A stretch of DNA of 64,000 nucleotides from Negaprion brevirostris (lineage: Eukaryota): assembly GCA_030324005.1 (NCBI GenBank), contig JARDVH010000193.1, positions 35,137,001 through 35,201,000 on the forward strand, in the 5' to 3' direction. A model generated the notes under the pieces. It did no database searches and was not told where the DNA came from. It saw nothing but the letters and a program-made list of their open reading frames with translations. This document shows, piece after piece, positions 63,395 to 64,000 of this stretch (position 1 is the first letter of the stretch; every line of letters starts with the position of its first letter). The position numbers and the translations under genes were made by a program.

Positions 63395-64000
63395 CTGAAT
63401 TGGTGATGGTGTTGGGGGTGGAACTGATGGATTGAATAGCAGTAGCCAAAGTCGCGATGACTCGTATCTTCGCAGTTGAAGAAATTGTGGCTGATCAAAG
63501 TCTGAATGTCAGACAACAATCTGATGAGACAGAGGCAGTGAAGGGGTTGAGATAGTTGGTGGAGAGGTAATACTGGGCTTTGCCTGACCCCAAACCCTGT
63601 GGAAGATGTTTCCAAGGAGCAACTTGTAAATGGGGATTGGATGAGGAATCAATTTTTGAAGGAATGGTGCCAGGGTGGGAAAAAAATCATTGCTGGAGAC
63701 TGGGTTCTGATGGTTAACGAGACAAGGACAATCTCACCGAGCTGGACAGTGGAGGAGAGGTGTTGGAGGTGAATTGTGTGGTCAGTTGTGTCAAAGGCAG
63801 CAGAAAGGTCAACAAAGGATAATGTAGCATGGTCAAAAGGATCTGTAACTTTTGCCAGGGTCATGCTGGTGCTGTGCAGGAAATGTCATTGCTGAGATTC
63901 AGATGGCAAATTAATCCACCGGCCCTGGGTTGAAACTCAGGTGGTCGTTGAAGTTTTCTTGGCACTGTTGGTGGAGTTTTCTATTGCTGTGGTCAATCTC
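63395..64000 (-). mobile_element. L2-type LINE reverse transcriptase fragment
   Basis: LSFVDLSAAFDTTDHTIHLQHL corresponds to L2 RT LLDLSAAFDTVDHxILL. Confidence 0.85.

Noticed and set aside
41700-64000. Coding exons of the next gene (ADCY7 expected)
   Set aside because: No ORF or splice-bounded segment resembled adenylate cyclase or another host protein. A short divergent exon could have been missed without a tblastn search.

Overview
Vertebrate genomic DNA from a draft assembly with many N gaps. The repeats (HE1-type V-SINEs, CR1/HER1-type LINEs, Penelope-like elements, Harbinger relics, a DeuSINE) point to a shark (inference). The first half (+ strand) holds the 3' nine coding exons of TENT4B (PAPD5, non-canonical poly(A) polymerase) at 306-28223. 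I traced them by hand: all GT-AG, phases consistent, 1339 coding nt, catalytic DID and third Asp intact, ending KKRKHK...DLCR*. The 5' exons lie upstream of the window. A roughly 3 kb repeat-poor 3'UTR follows. In the second half I found no protein-coding exon. It is TE-rich, with a CpG-enriched promoter/first-exon candidate at about 41.0-41.7 kb (possibly ADCY7 by vertebrate synteny) directly downstream of a 44-45 bp minisatellite carrying seven TCAYGTGA E-boxes. Other points of interest: hammerhead-ribozyme motifs in three Penelope-like families (one with a U3-A8 core covariation), a 64-bp-arm intronic hairpin, a fragmented Harbinger transposase, and a miR-21 seed site in the UTR. Nearly all ORFs in the supplied track are spurious or TE-derived. 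I see no firm evidence of a wholly new biological system; the findings are hypotheses. Repeat boundaries are approximate, and family names come from my recall of consensus sequences, not from a database search.
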